A DNA stretch of 63,958 nt, counting the filler, from Octopus bimaculoides (lineage: Eukaryota): assembly GCF_001194135.2 (NCBI RefSeq). It is 6 parts of 6 records of this genome, joined end to end, with 100 filler letters (N's around TTAATTAATTAA, not from the genome) between each part and the next. Parts side by side here need not be neighbours in the genome. Positions count along the whole stretch, not along the records: positions 22,678 to 38,963 come from NC_068985.1; positions 39,064 to 52,566 come from NC_068999.1; 4 more parts are not named here. The stretch is one strand, 5' to 3'. Under the pieces are notes generated by a model. That model did not search any database. It had not been told where the DNA came from and saw nothing but the letters and a program-made list of their open reading frames with translations. The position numbers were made by a program, and so were the translations under genes. Each line of letters opens with the position of its first letter. Position 1 is the stretch's first letter. Below, piece by piece: positions 36,690 through 49,150 of the stretch.

Positions 36690-37205
36690 TAATATTTATC
36701 TGTGGATAGCGTTGCACCACCGGATATTAGAAAGGATATTGCCAGCAAAGCTGAAAAACAGAGACAGATATTCAATGAAAAATATCTATTATATGAATAA
36801 CAACAACTACAGAAAATATCAACGTCGAGAAAAGGTGCCTATAATATCCATCTTTATTTGTAGGCGTTTGTAAAAAGAAATCTACTAGCTTACAACTTTT
36901 GAAAGACAGACTGGTAAACATTCCGCTAAATCTAGATATGAAAATGGAACCAGCAGAATTAGTCAAATGTCTCGGAGTCCATATGAAACAGATGAAAACA
37001 TTGTAATCGAATCTGCTGCCGTTTAGGTCTTTCTAGAAGCACTGAAGAGAAATATGGAGATAATGTGGAGTCAATTTCTGCGACTGTTAAGGTCATGTGT
37101 GGCACCTAGTGGTTTACCCACTTTTGGATTCCCTTAAATACTTTGAAGAAATAACACAAAAAATGTGCAAGATTGAGCTAATATGTGAAAAGGTTTTATG
37201 GAGAC
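36690..37205 (+). mobile_element. Ingi/Vingi-like LINE 3' remnant followed by (AAT)n
   Basis: VAPPDIRKDIASKAEKQRQ..STSRK and NRICCRLGLSRS..KYG..CDC.GHVWHLVVYPLL resemble the Ingi/Vingi C-terminus (IAPP.IRR, LNR.R.G.GR, CxCG..HL..CP). Heavily degenerate. Confidence 0.5.
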
Positions 37206-37276
<71 letters not shown>

Positions 37277-38127
37277 GAAGAAAATTTGAAGAAAGAAGAA
37301 AAAAAAGAAACATAATAATAATTATAATAATAATAAATAATAATAATAATAATAATAATAAACATAATAATAATAATAATATTATCTGCATACTGAATAT
37401 GTTGACTGTCATGAAAATTCGCAGTCCCTGAATATTGTGATCAAATTTATTTGGCATGTAATTTCTGGAATATGGCTTCAGCCACATAAGTCTTATTCGC
37501 TAAAAACTAATTCAAAAATCAGTAACTCTGTCACGACAACTGAAGAACGCCACAGCATTTCGTAAATACATTAGAAGATTGAGGGATAAAAAAGATACCA
37601 AAGATATTATTAAATGAAAGAGGATCAAGCCACTTTGAAATCCGTCATGCAAAGAAACTTCACATCATTTGCTACATTTCAATCATCAATGAAAAAGCAA
37701 AAAAGAAAAAGACATCACAACATATTTCACACTCTTCCGACCTCTGCCCAAGATACTCCTGATGAATAGCATTTTACGTTCAGCGACGACATGACCATTT
37801 ACTGAAATGCAATTTCAACCATCCAGCCAAAATATGACATTTCTGAAATACCTTGGTGACAGGCACGGTCGACAATGGTGATTATACGAAAGTCTTAAGT
37901 CTTGTTTAGCTTACACTTAACACACACCCGCACGTGCGCGTCTGTAAATATGTGCACATATGTATATATGAATATATACTTACATGTATATGTGTATATA
38001 GGTATACATATATAAGTGCGTGGTTACGTATATATACATATACGTATGTATATATTTATGTCTATCTATCTATCTAGTTATCTCACTCTGTCTGACTGTC
38101 TGTCTCTCTCTCTCTCTNNNNNNNNNN

Positions 38128-38187
<60 letters not shown>

Positions 38188-38205
38188 TGTATATATATCT
38201 GTGTG

Positions 38206-38289
<84 letters not shown>

Positions 38290-38651
38290 TATATATCCAA
38301 GAAAGTTAAGAGTTGTGAATCCAATCCACTGAGGGATAATATCTATTCAATATACTGCTGGAAGAATACCCAATTATTATTACACTAGTGTTTTTTCATT
38401 GCATTGCAATTACATTACCAAGTGCAATAAATGGGCGTGGGTAAAAAGTCAGTTTACCATTAATCTATATAGCAATAAGAAAATGGAGGGGATAAACGGG
38501 TGGTATTCATCAACTTGCAGACATTGTATTGTGTCAATTTACTTGTTTATTTGTTTACTAAAAGGATAATAATAACAATATACAAACACATGTGACATAT
38601 TATGTCATATCAGTAATTATAAAAATGGAATATAGTGACAGAAAATGGGAT

Positions 38652-38788
38652 AATCTTACAGCTGTTTCAGTCTTGGGGTGACATGCCTCATTCTATCTTT
38701 ATCACTCCAGTAGACTGAAGTAAAAATTAATAGATGAAATAGATTAAATAGAGGTACATGGATGATTCTCTAGTCCTCATCAGAGATT
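38652..38788 (-). ncRNA. Type I hammerhead ribozyme motif with a long stem II loop
   Basis: Minus strand reads AAUCU-CUGAUGA-GGACU-(98 nt)-AGACU-GAAAC-AGCU-GUA-AGAUU. Stem I AAUCU/AGAUU is perfect, the core is complete, and stem III is the palindrome ACAGCUGU. Confidence 0.7.
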
Positions 38789-38799
38789 TTATAAAGTTC

Positions 38800-38924
38800 A
38801 TATCCTTTGTAAGCCTAGTACTTATTCTATCGGTCTCTTTTTGCCGAACTTCTAAGTTACGGGGACGTAAACACACCAGCATCGGTTGTCAAGCGATGGT
38901 GGGGGGACAAACACAGACACACAA

Positions 38925-38940
<16 letters not shown>
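38800..38940 (-). mobile_element. SINE family A, central-3' part
   Basis: ctttgtaagcctagtacttattctatcggtctcttttgccgaac..gggacgtaaacacaccagcatcggttgtcaagcg. Confidence 0.85.
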
Positions 38941-38963
<23 letters not shown>

Positions 38964-39063
38964 NNNNNNNNNNNNNNNNNNNNNNNNNNNNNNNNNNNNN
39001 NNNNNNNTTAATTAATTAANNNNNNNNNNNNNNNNNNNNNNNNNNNNNNNNNNNNNNNNNNNN

Positions 39064-39104
<41 letters not shown>

Positions 39105-41384
39105 CATGTATGTACGTATGTGTGTATGTATGTATGCACACGTATTTCTTGTGTGTTCTCGTGAATGTATTTGTGTGTGTGTGCGCGCGCGTGTGTGCGC
39201 GCGCGAGTGTGTGCGCGCGTGTGTGTGTGTATATGTGAACACGTGCGTGTTCATCGATTATTAAATTTCGTAAACTAGTCTCTTTGAGAACACTCTTTTT
39301 GGCGTTTGTTTTTAATTCAATTGGTTTTATAGATGGAATATTTATTGTTGAATATTAAACGATTACTCAGTAGGGCAGAATACGTCACACAAATAAAGCC
39401 ACTCTAGAGAAGTAATTACACACGACACCTAATTGTAAAGCAATGAGACACCCTCATCTGTTTATAATATCTAGGTAGTTTCTATTATTAGTTAGTTCAG
39501 AAGCAAGTCAGTGTTATTCAAGAAACTCCATGCATTTTTGGAATTTAATACATTTTATTTTGCGAACACATTTTACCACGTACAACTTCCTTCCTTAGCA
39601 AGTCAATAATTGGTTCTACTCATGCTATTTATTCTGTATTCCAGTATAACGTGACGAAAGCATTTAGAATATAATAGACAAATAGAAAAGAATTTAGAAC
39701 TGCGGAACATTTCAATTTACATATAACTTCATCTTCCGAATATAATTTACCTCCAGGAATATATTGTCTAACATAAGATATAAAGCATGTGTATAAACCT
39801 ATGATGATTTTATTCGTTATTTCATCCAACATTAGTAGATTGTTTTAAGAAATATCTTGTATAACCCTCAGTTAATTGTAATACATAATTTTACTGGTAA
39901 ACTGTTTCGGAACAAGTTGTGTTTGTTACAAAGACGAGCACGTAAGTGGATTTCGCCATGATCACTGCTATAATCCACTCTTTACCAAATAGTACACATA
40001 TTTCTAATTGACTTCGTAAGAGCGCGTAACTGAAACAAAAACATTAAGATTAACTCATANNNNNNNNNNNNNNNNNNNNNNNNNNNNNNNNNNNNNNNNN
40101 NNNNNNNNNNNNNNNNNNNNNNNNNNNNNNNNNNNNNNNNNNNNNNNNNNNNNNNNNNNNNNNNNNNNNNNNNNNNNNNNNNNNNNNNNNNNNNNNNNNN
40201 NNNNNNNNNNNNNNNNNNNNNNNNNNNNNNNNNNNNNNNNNNNNNNNNNNNNNNNNNNNNNNNNNNNNNNNNNNNNNNNNNNNNNNNNNNNNNNNNNNNN
40301 NNNNNNNNNNNNNNNNNNNNNNNNNNNNNNNNNNNNNNNNNNNNNNNNNNNNNNNNNNNNNNNNNNNNNNNNNNNNNNNNNNNNNNNNNNNNNNNNNNNN
40401 NNNNNNNNNNNNNNNNNNNNNNNNNNNNNNNNNNNNNNNNNNNNNNNNNNNNNNNNNNNNNNNNNNNNNNNNNNNNNNNNNNNNNNNNNNNNNNNNNNNN
40501 NNNNNNNNNNNNNNNNNNNNNNNNNNNNNNNNNNNNNNNNNNNNNNNNNNNNNNNNNNNNNNNNNTATTTAAATAATATATCACAGGATCATTTGAATTG
40601 ACAACTTGAAAACAACATTTTATTATAAACGTTAATGCGGCCGAAAGCTTCCTGACTGTTTCACTTGAACATAATACGAAGTATCATTTGTCTTCATGAT
40701 TCTAATAAAGGAAAGAAATTCTAATAAATTAAAGAAACACCGAATAAGTAATGGCAGTGCATAACGTGGATGCACCGCTGATGTCGACGATTGGAAATTC
40801 TACCTGGCCGTTGGATGTAATAGAAATAATAGTGAAATTGTTTTAAAAATGAAGTGCATAAAATGAATGGTGGACACATTCGATAATTCAATATAAAACA
40901 GAATGTTTGAATGCAAGCCAGGATCATTATAGTTGTAACACCTCTGATCAGAGTTTTGCTCGATCTGTCTACACCTTGGGCTAAATAGCAATAACAACTC
41001 TGGCTTTCTTATACACTTATTAGAAAAGAAGAAGCTAGCATGATGGCCTTTCTATTTGTAATAACTAACACTGCAATTACCTTTCCCCAATGTCGTTGCT
41101 AAAGAAATATATAATCATGCATGTTCCCCAATGCAATCTCTGATATCACACAGAGTCGATCAATTCTTACGGATTAAGTTTCTTACATACAGACCATATT
41201 TCGTATGACAGACAAAGCTGGAAATATTCCAGTTTTAAGAATATATTCTTCAAAGAAAATGTTAGTCAATAATGTGATATAATGCTGTACTTTGTGCTTT
41301 GATGTGTTCAGCAGAGCTGGCTATTGAAGAATCAACTCCGCTTGACAATTATTAACAAGCTTATCGGAAATATGGCTATTGACA

Positions 41385-41388
41385 GAGA

Positions 41389-41424
<36 letters not shown>

Positions 41425-41500
41425 GATTATGATTATTATTAATACTAATAATAATAATAATAATAATTATAATAATAATAATAATAACAATAATAATAAC

Positions 41501-41541
<41 letters not shown>

Positions 41542-41542
41542 C

Positions 41543-41613
<71 letters not shown>

Positions 41614-41655
41614 TAATAATGATGATGATGATTATGATGATGATTATGATGATAA
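41385..41655. repeat. (ATT)n-(AAT)n-(GAT)n compound microsatellite
   Basis: Read directly from the sequence. Confidence 0.95.
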
Positions 41656-42114
41656 TAAAAAATCGTTGTTATTGTTATTATCTGTATCGTATATGTACTT
41701 AATTTACTTTTCTTTTGCTTTTAATAATAATATATCGCCACAAGAACATCTTCATAACTACCAACATCAGTTTCGTCATTATCGTTGTGATCACCAGCAG
41801 GCAGCAACTTCGAAATCACCAATATTAGCATTGCAATGTTAAAAAAAGAGAAACATCATTTTTCTATTATAATTTATGAAATAGATCGCCTTCTTCTACA
41901 TGTTATATATGTGTACGCGCGCTTTCATACGCTAGGATTAGTTTGGGTAAGCGTATATATGTTATGATTAGATGAATGAATGAAATACACGAACGTATAG
42001 ATCTGTGTCATTGACGGAGTAGATGTCAAGCTAGATTAAGTATTATGGCTGCGCGTTTTAATAAATAATAATAAACTGACACAAACACGAATAAGAGTGA
42101 ATATGTTATATTTG

Positions 42115-42440
42115 ATGTGAAGGCGCATGACTCAGTGGTTAGAGCGTCTAACTTACGATCGTGGGGTTGTGAGTTCGAAACCCGGACCGGTGTTGTGTTC
42201 TTGAGCAAGACACTATTTTTCACGTTGCTCCAGTTCATTCAGCTCTAGGAATGAGTTGCGACGTCTCAGGTGCCAAGCTGTATCGGCCCCTTTGCCTTCC
42301 TCTTGGATTACACTGGTGGCGTGGAGAGGAGAGGCCTGTATGCATGGCCGACTGCTGGTCTTCCATAAAAACAAAATTGCTTCGACTTGTGGCTCGGAGG
42401 GTAACTTTCTAGGTGGAATCACAGTCATGACGGAAGGTGG
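42115..42440 (+). mobile_element. tRNA-derived SINE family E
   Basis: A-box tgactcagtgg and B-box gagttcgaaaccc, then gtgttcttgagcaagacact (a central motif widely shared by animal SINEs) and a non-tRNA body. Confidence 0.85.
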
Positions 42441-44134
42441 TCACATTATTGCATTTGATATGTAGTGGGAGAGTGATTACGTTAGTGAAGATATTTCAAG
42501 TTAACGATATGTGAAAATAATTAATACATTAAAATAAATTATATCTGAAAATGTAAAATTATAATTATATGTATTAAAAAAATGTGGGGTTTTCGACTTT
42601 ATCGCTTGAGTTACAAAGTAAAACAATCAAATGAACATGATACCACTGAACAGCGGAAGCGTGTGAGTTTAAATCATCTCAAGTACGCAGTGTGTATGCA
42701 CTAAATATTTTGTAATTTTCACTGGAGATTCTAAAGCATCACTCAAATTCTGGCCTAAAATGATGACAGCAAGCTACGAATTGAATCGGGTTAGTGACTT
42801 TCAAACTTTACAAAATATCCATGACAATGGCAAAGTGCTTCAATGCAACATTTTACCATATCATAAATTATAATTGATTTATTTATTGAAGTTTAACCCG
42901 GCGCGGCTTCTTCTACATTCTTTGTACTTCATAAAGTGATAGACACAGATGTGTTAATACACACACGCACGCCACAGATATAGTAATACACATACGCACC
43001 CACGCACACAACCACACGCATATAAACACACACGCACTCACATATATGTATGCGTGTATGGGTGGGTGTGGTTATTTATTCAAAATTCGTATTCATTCCT
43101 TTGTTTCAGATACTAATGAGCGTGTTATATATTCTGCAAACAACCATTTAAATTATGCACTGATCTTTTATGTTGGTGACAACGACAAGTACTATTGTAG
43201 GCATACATACAATACACATACACGTGTGTGTGTATAAATATATGTGGATAAGTATGTATATATGTATATTGTTTAACTACCGCCTCACCGTAAATGTCAA
43301 ACTTTTCAGCCATTTCATGTTCTATATCCTAATCTGCTATTCTCTGCAGGTATTGTTATATATTTCTTAAATACAAAATTCTTTATATGTGATAAATGCT
43401 GGCAACTTAGAAAAAAAAACGTGATTTATTGCTATTTGCATTAGTAACGACCAAACAATAAGATTTGACACAATTTCTTACTCGTTATTGAAGAAAACAG
43501 CTTGAATAAGTATTCAATATCCGTTTTGAATCGTTAGTTTCTTAATAAAACAGTGTTAAAGACGTACATATAATTAAGTTGTAATGTGTTTATAATACAA
43601 GTATTCAGTTGTAAACTTTGAGATGTGGGGTGAAATATTATTCTGGTATGAAGGAAATAAATACAATGAAACGTTTTGTAAAGAATAGGGTAATTCAGTT
43701 ATTTCAATGACGATAAATGCGAAAGAATTATATTTATTATACATACTTATATTTCGGAAGAATATAAAAATGTTTTATGGTATCAATGTCTTACTCGTTT
43801 CAATAATGGCAAGCATTTACTGCTTCGATCATATGTATTTGCATATATTAGAATTCCAGTAAATATTAGAGTATACGTTAAAGTGAGAAGTAAAATTAGT
43901 CAGGTCATATTTTGAATTAAGTATATACTATTTGACATAAACATATAGCGCAAATTGTCCAAGATGAGATGGCATTTGCTTTAATTGCAATATAAGAGAC
44001 AAATCAGGAAGTTTGTTTTTGTAAAGTAAGATCAGATAACGCAACTATTGCCGATGTTAGCCTAAATCTTATGAAAACTTTTTTACATATAACATCTTAT
44101 GCAAGCACGTTTTAAAATTCCAAGTACACTAAAG

Positions 44135-44298
44135 TGTTGTGTCGACAACCCCAGGCGAAGAAGTAGGATCTCCGAAGACTATAAATAGAGGTAGGCTGGC
44201 CATGGTAGGAGAGTTGAGTAGCAGTAGAATAGCAGTTTTGTAGCGGTTGAGTAGAGATCATCCGAAGGTGCTACATAGCAGTAGCTTGAGACATAACA
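44135..44298. mobile_element. Solo LTR, 164 bp
   Basis: Termini tgttgtgtc...gacataaca (8/9 inverted match, TG..CA); perfect 5-bp TSD TAAAG at 44130-44134 and 44299-44303; internal tataaata. Confidence 0.85.
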
Positions 44299-45596
44299 TA
44301 AAGGTTAAGAAATTCCGTACATCCAAACATTTAAGGCATACAGAATATATAATACAGAAGAACGTACACATAAACACAGACGTGCTCACGCACAAACGCT
44401 GAAGCAAATACACATAATAACGTATAGAATATCTCTATGTAGATTTAGATGTACCACTGCTACTGGTGAGTTTCAAGATCCAGATGAATTTTCATTGTTA
44501 AGTATACATGTAGTATTCAGGTGCAGCTTCTACTTTACTTGCTAGGATTGCTGGTTATATTATACGTTGCGAATGTGAGATTAATTATGAAAACTCCACG
44601 AACAATTTATATCCCCAATTTCATGTTATTTGTTACATTCGTTTCAGCATTGTGAGTTTTGAAAATTACACGCTACATGTTTCAAGTGCAATCGAATAAT
44701 GAAACATAACATGTTAATGAGGTCTTATCATTAAAGATATATTTACCTGAAGCCAGAAAGAAGATTTTGTCATAATTGCTCACGTATTAGTTTAGCATGA
44801 ATTCCTCTCTACTGACTATAAGCAATTCATCTGTGTATATATATCCAATGCACAATTTATAATAGATAATTTTCAAGTAATTATATTCCAAATCTTATTA
44901 AACTATGTTTTGAAAGATAAGTACACGTTTATAAGATATCAATGTGCTTTCCTTGTTCCTTAACTTGAAGGAAGATAAAGGAATTTCTATTGGTAGGTTT
45001 CACGGTTTCATTACTCTCATTAGACATAAGATGCATATAATCCATTTGCCTATGAACAGAACTAACAGCAACTTAATCAATGAGAAACTAATCTTCCACT
45101 GTAATAGTTAACTTAATTTCCAATCCAGAGCACTTCAATGGTGTGCATAAATATTTATGCCTAATGTAGCATATGTAAGAAAAGTACGGTAAATTTATGA
45201 TACATAAAATATAGTTTGTTTTATGACTTTACAGTATGATGTTAATAACTATACTATTTCTTGTCATTCTCTATGAACAGGGAAAATGCTACGAAAATCT
45301 CTTTACATGTATCACATATTGTAGACGAAATGTCTCACAGACAAACCTTCCATCCTTTAAAACCTGCTTTTATTTCTCCGAAAGATGCAGAGTGCTAACG
45401 AACACATAGACTGCATGCATTTCGTTTCTGTTTCCATTACTTTATTAAAGCAAATATTAAAGTAAAATTTTCTTTAAGCCACTGACTAAGCTTCGGCTGT
45501 GTAATATGATTCTATTGATATTTTGCATTTGCTATTTTGTCAAGTAGACGCTTTCGTTCTATGGTTTGTATTTTATTTTCATAGTGTATGCTTTAT

Positions 45597-45635
<39 letters not shown>

Positions 45636-46147
45636 NNNNNNNNNNNNNNNNNNNNNNNNNNNNNNNNNNNNNNNNNNNNNNNNNNNNNNNNNNNNNNNNN
45701 NNNNNNNNNNNNNNNNNNNNNNNNNNNNNNNNNNNNNNNNNNNNNNNNNNNNNNNNNNNNNNNNNNNNNNNNNNNNNNNNNNNNNNNNNNNNNNNNNNNN
45801 NNNNNNNNNNNNNNNNNNNNNNNNNNNNNNNNNNNNNNNNNNNNNNNNNNNNNNNNNNNNNNNNNNNNNNNNNNNNNNNNNNNNNNNNNNNNNNNNNNNN
45901 NNNNNNNNNNNNNNNNNNNNNNNNNNNNNNNNNNNNNNNNNNNNNNNNNNNNNNNNNNNNNNNNNNNNNNNNNNNNNNNNNNNNNNNNNNNNNNNNNNNN
46001 NNNNNNNNNNNNNNNNNNNNNNNNNNNNNNNNNNNNNNNNNNNNNNNNNNNNNNNNNNNNNNNNNNNNNNNNNNNNNNNNNNNNNNNNNNNNNNNNNNNN
46101 NNNNNNNNNNNNNNNNNNNNNATATATATATATATATATATGATTAG

Positions 46148-46520
46148 TGTGGAGGCGCAATAACCCAGTGGTTAGGGCAGCGGACTCGCGGTCATAGGAT
46201 CGTGGTTCCGATTCCCAGACCGGGTGTTGTGAGTGTTTACTGAGCGAAAACACCTAAAAGCTCCACGAGGCTCTGTCAGGTGAACCCTGCTGTACTCTTT
46301 CACCACAACTTTCTCTCACTGTTACTTCCTGTTTTTGTTGTGCCTGTAATTCAAAGGGCCAACCTTGTCACACTGTGTCACGCTGAATATCCCCGAGAAC
46401 TACATTAATGGTTCACGTATCTGTGGAGTGCTCAGTCACTTGCACGTTAATTTCACGAGCAGGCTGTTCCGTTGATCGGATCAACTGGAATCCTCGACGT
46501 CGTAAGTGACGGAGTGCTTA
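46148..46520 (+). mobile_element. tRNA-derived SINE family D, full length
   Basis: A-box taacccagtgg and B-box ggttccgattccc, followed by a ~300-bp non-tRNA body. Confidence 0.85.
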
Positions 46521-47204
46521 GTGTGTTTTTTGTTCGTGCTAACAAAATGTAGTTAACGTTTACCTTCTAGAAATTGTAGATGTGGTATACGTATTTCTAA
46601 GTGCACATTGGCTGACCTCAGCTGATTTTAGTCGATACTTACCATTCTGTTTTAATAGTAAGCGTTGAGCCTGAGAAAGTGTCATATATATTGTTACCCC
46701 GCCCCCCTATACTATATTAAATCTATGCATGATTGCATATCTCCTGTTTAGATGAAACTTATATATACTGGCAGAAAGTGTGTATATCATCGCAAATTAT
46801 TTCAAGTTCACGATGATAACTTAACCATTCGTGCGTCGGTATGTTATGCTGATGGACAATGATACATTACATATCAATAAAACAGTGAACAATCGATTAC
46901 AAAATCTTTCAATAATTCAATGTTCAACACCGATAATAGGCCCAGTCCATGCTCCAGTGGTAGTATTTCATTAAATGGGGCGTGTCAAGCATGGGAGTAC
47001 AAGCAAAGTCGCTGATCAAACGTTTAGATGGGTTTCTTAATTTCCATACCCGAACTGTACGCCATAGCTTCTAGAGTGATTTGTATTCACAATTTATTAA
47101 TGCATTTTTATAGCCATCACTTACAATTTAGTTTTCTTCTAAGGTAACCATATCCTAATTATGCAGTCTTAGCTGTAGCACAACGGTCTAAGCAGGAAAT
47201 GCTT

Positions 47205-47610
47205 TGATCCATTGAAACAATTCCTAGACAATTTCTACATGTATATAAGAACATATGGTTGTGGATCTCCATTACTTCTGGTTATATTTTCTTCTGACTA
47301 TCGAAATGGAATCCTGTACACAACCTAGGTATTTTTACTCTTAATGCACAGACATGCGACACCGTCTCAAAAACATTGCGCACATGTACACATACTTAGA
47401 TATATAAATGCATAAATTTAACAGTATATTTGCTGTTAAGCTGCAAATTGGCATGGCCGAGATTACTCTCTCAAAGCGCCAGATATTAGAACACCTTTGA
47501 CTTACAGGTAGGCGGGACATTTCATCCCAGACACCATCTTGATGCCTCGCTATTTTTGTGGCTTATCAACAATTTTGCCTATGATAATCATCATATACAG
47601 TTAATTCTGG
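47205..47610. repeat. Copy 1 of an old local duplication (copy 2 at 51365-51780)
   Basis: Gap-free alignment of ~118 bp with 29 differences (47212-47329 vs 51372-51489). Shared blocks acaacctaggta, aaagcgcc.gatattagaacacct and tttttgtggctta. Confidence 0.8.
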
Positions 47611-48899
47611 GCACTGCGACTACAGTGACATATATTATGTAACTGATAGCACATCATTTACGTATCAAGTAATATAAGAGCAATGCTGAAACTGATTTTG
47701 TTTAAATATAAAATCTACTATATAACTTTAGTGCTCTGTTCATTCGATCACGTACGCCATGTGTACGCACGCAGACATATAACCATATAACCATATAACA
47801 ATATATCCAGTTATACGCACATGTATGGATATATATTTGTATATATATGTGTGGGGGGTGTATATGTGTGTGTGTGTGTGTATTTATGTATATCTTACAC
47901 TTACAAACCGAAGGCAATTAAAAGGAAAAAAAAAACTGGATATGGAAGAATATGAAAGGCGTTCGAGAAAGGATATCGAAAATATAATGAAAGTTGTGAA
48001 AACAAATGAATAACCCAATCCTATTAATGATAATACTCTATCGGAATATCGATAAAGGGAATTCATTGTATGATAAAGTGAAGAACATATGACAATATCT
48101 TAAAGAAAGATGTTGAAAACAAAACCAAAAATACAAAAATGAATTATTTTACAAGCAAATCTACTTACAAACAAAAGAAAGTGAATACGAACGTAAAGAA
48201 TGGATATCTAGAAAGAATAACAAGTAAAAAAAAATATTGTAGCGAAAGAACGGAAATAATAACAATGAAGGAACATAGAAAATAAATACGGTCATTTATA
48301 AGGGAAAAAATCTGCTGAAATTAACACGATAGCGAAGAGAAATGTTGCGCCTATTCAAAGACCATATATTTATGATTTGGACAAAAGAATGGTGAATTGT
48401 TTATGGAAATGTCTTATAGGCAAGTGAACTTAAACCGTGCAAGGTTATTCATGACCTTAACTTACAAATTGAGAATCTGGCAATTGTTTCACATTCAGGC
48501 TAAACAAATTATGCAAGCGTATCTCTGAATAGGAATTGTCTTGTAACTTTAGTGAATAATTTGACCTATCGTTATTATGTTATTATATATTTCATTCACA
48601 CTCTCGCCTCAGAAGACAAAGTAAGTTTGAATAAAAGACACTTGTGCACATTCCTTTGGAGATACAGATCTATACACAAAGGCAGATGCACACACTCATG
48701 AACACACGACGGACACACAGAGACATACACAGGTATACAAACACAACATGCACGTCTAAATATTCTATGTTTTATGTTCACACACACATATATGCTATGT
48801 TATCATGAAGTGACAGGACGCAATAAACTTAAACATGAAAAGTTTGAGTACTTTTGAATACTACAGTATCACAATTACTATGTATAACAAATCAACTTC

Positions 48900-49150
48900 A
48901 TACAAAATTTTCTGTTTCTAAGATTATTAACTATGTCAGGCTGGTCGATTCGGGCCTCAGTCACATGTTTTGTGGGGAGCGGACGTTCTCAGCTTTGAAG
49001 AAATTGTACACAAGCACCATGTGCGTTGGCCGGTACGCCTTGTATAAACGATTGATCACAGGATCCCTCAACATATGTTATATATCGAAATTGATTGTAG
49101 AAATGTCAGCTGCAGAAAACAAGACTTCGATTTCAAGATTGTGTAATGTC
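48900..49150 (+). mobile_element. hAT transposase C-terminal dimerisation-domain remnant
   Basis: SVTC/FCGERTFSALKKLYTSTM resembles PVTS..ERSFS.LKR.K...RSTM. Confidence 0.45.

Noticed and set aside
42120-42195. tRNA-like sequences here and at 46152-46225
   Set aside because: A and B boxes are present, but the acceptor and anticodon stems do not close and a SINE body follows. These are SINE heads, not tRNA genes.
48613-48620. 8-nt plus-strand cassette ctcgcctcag|AAGACAAA|gtaagt
   Set aside because: Not frame-preserving and has no partner exons. Kept only as a reminder that strong-looking splice pairs arise by chance here.
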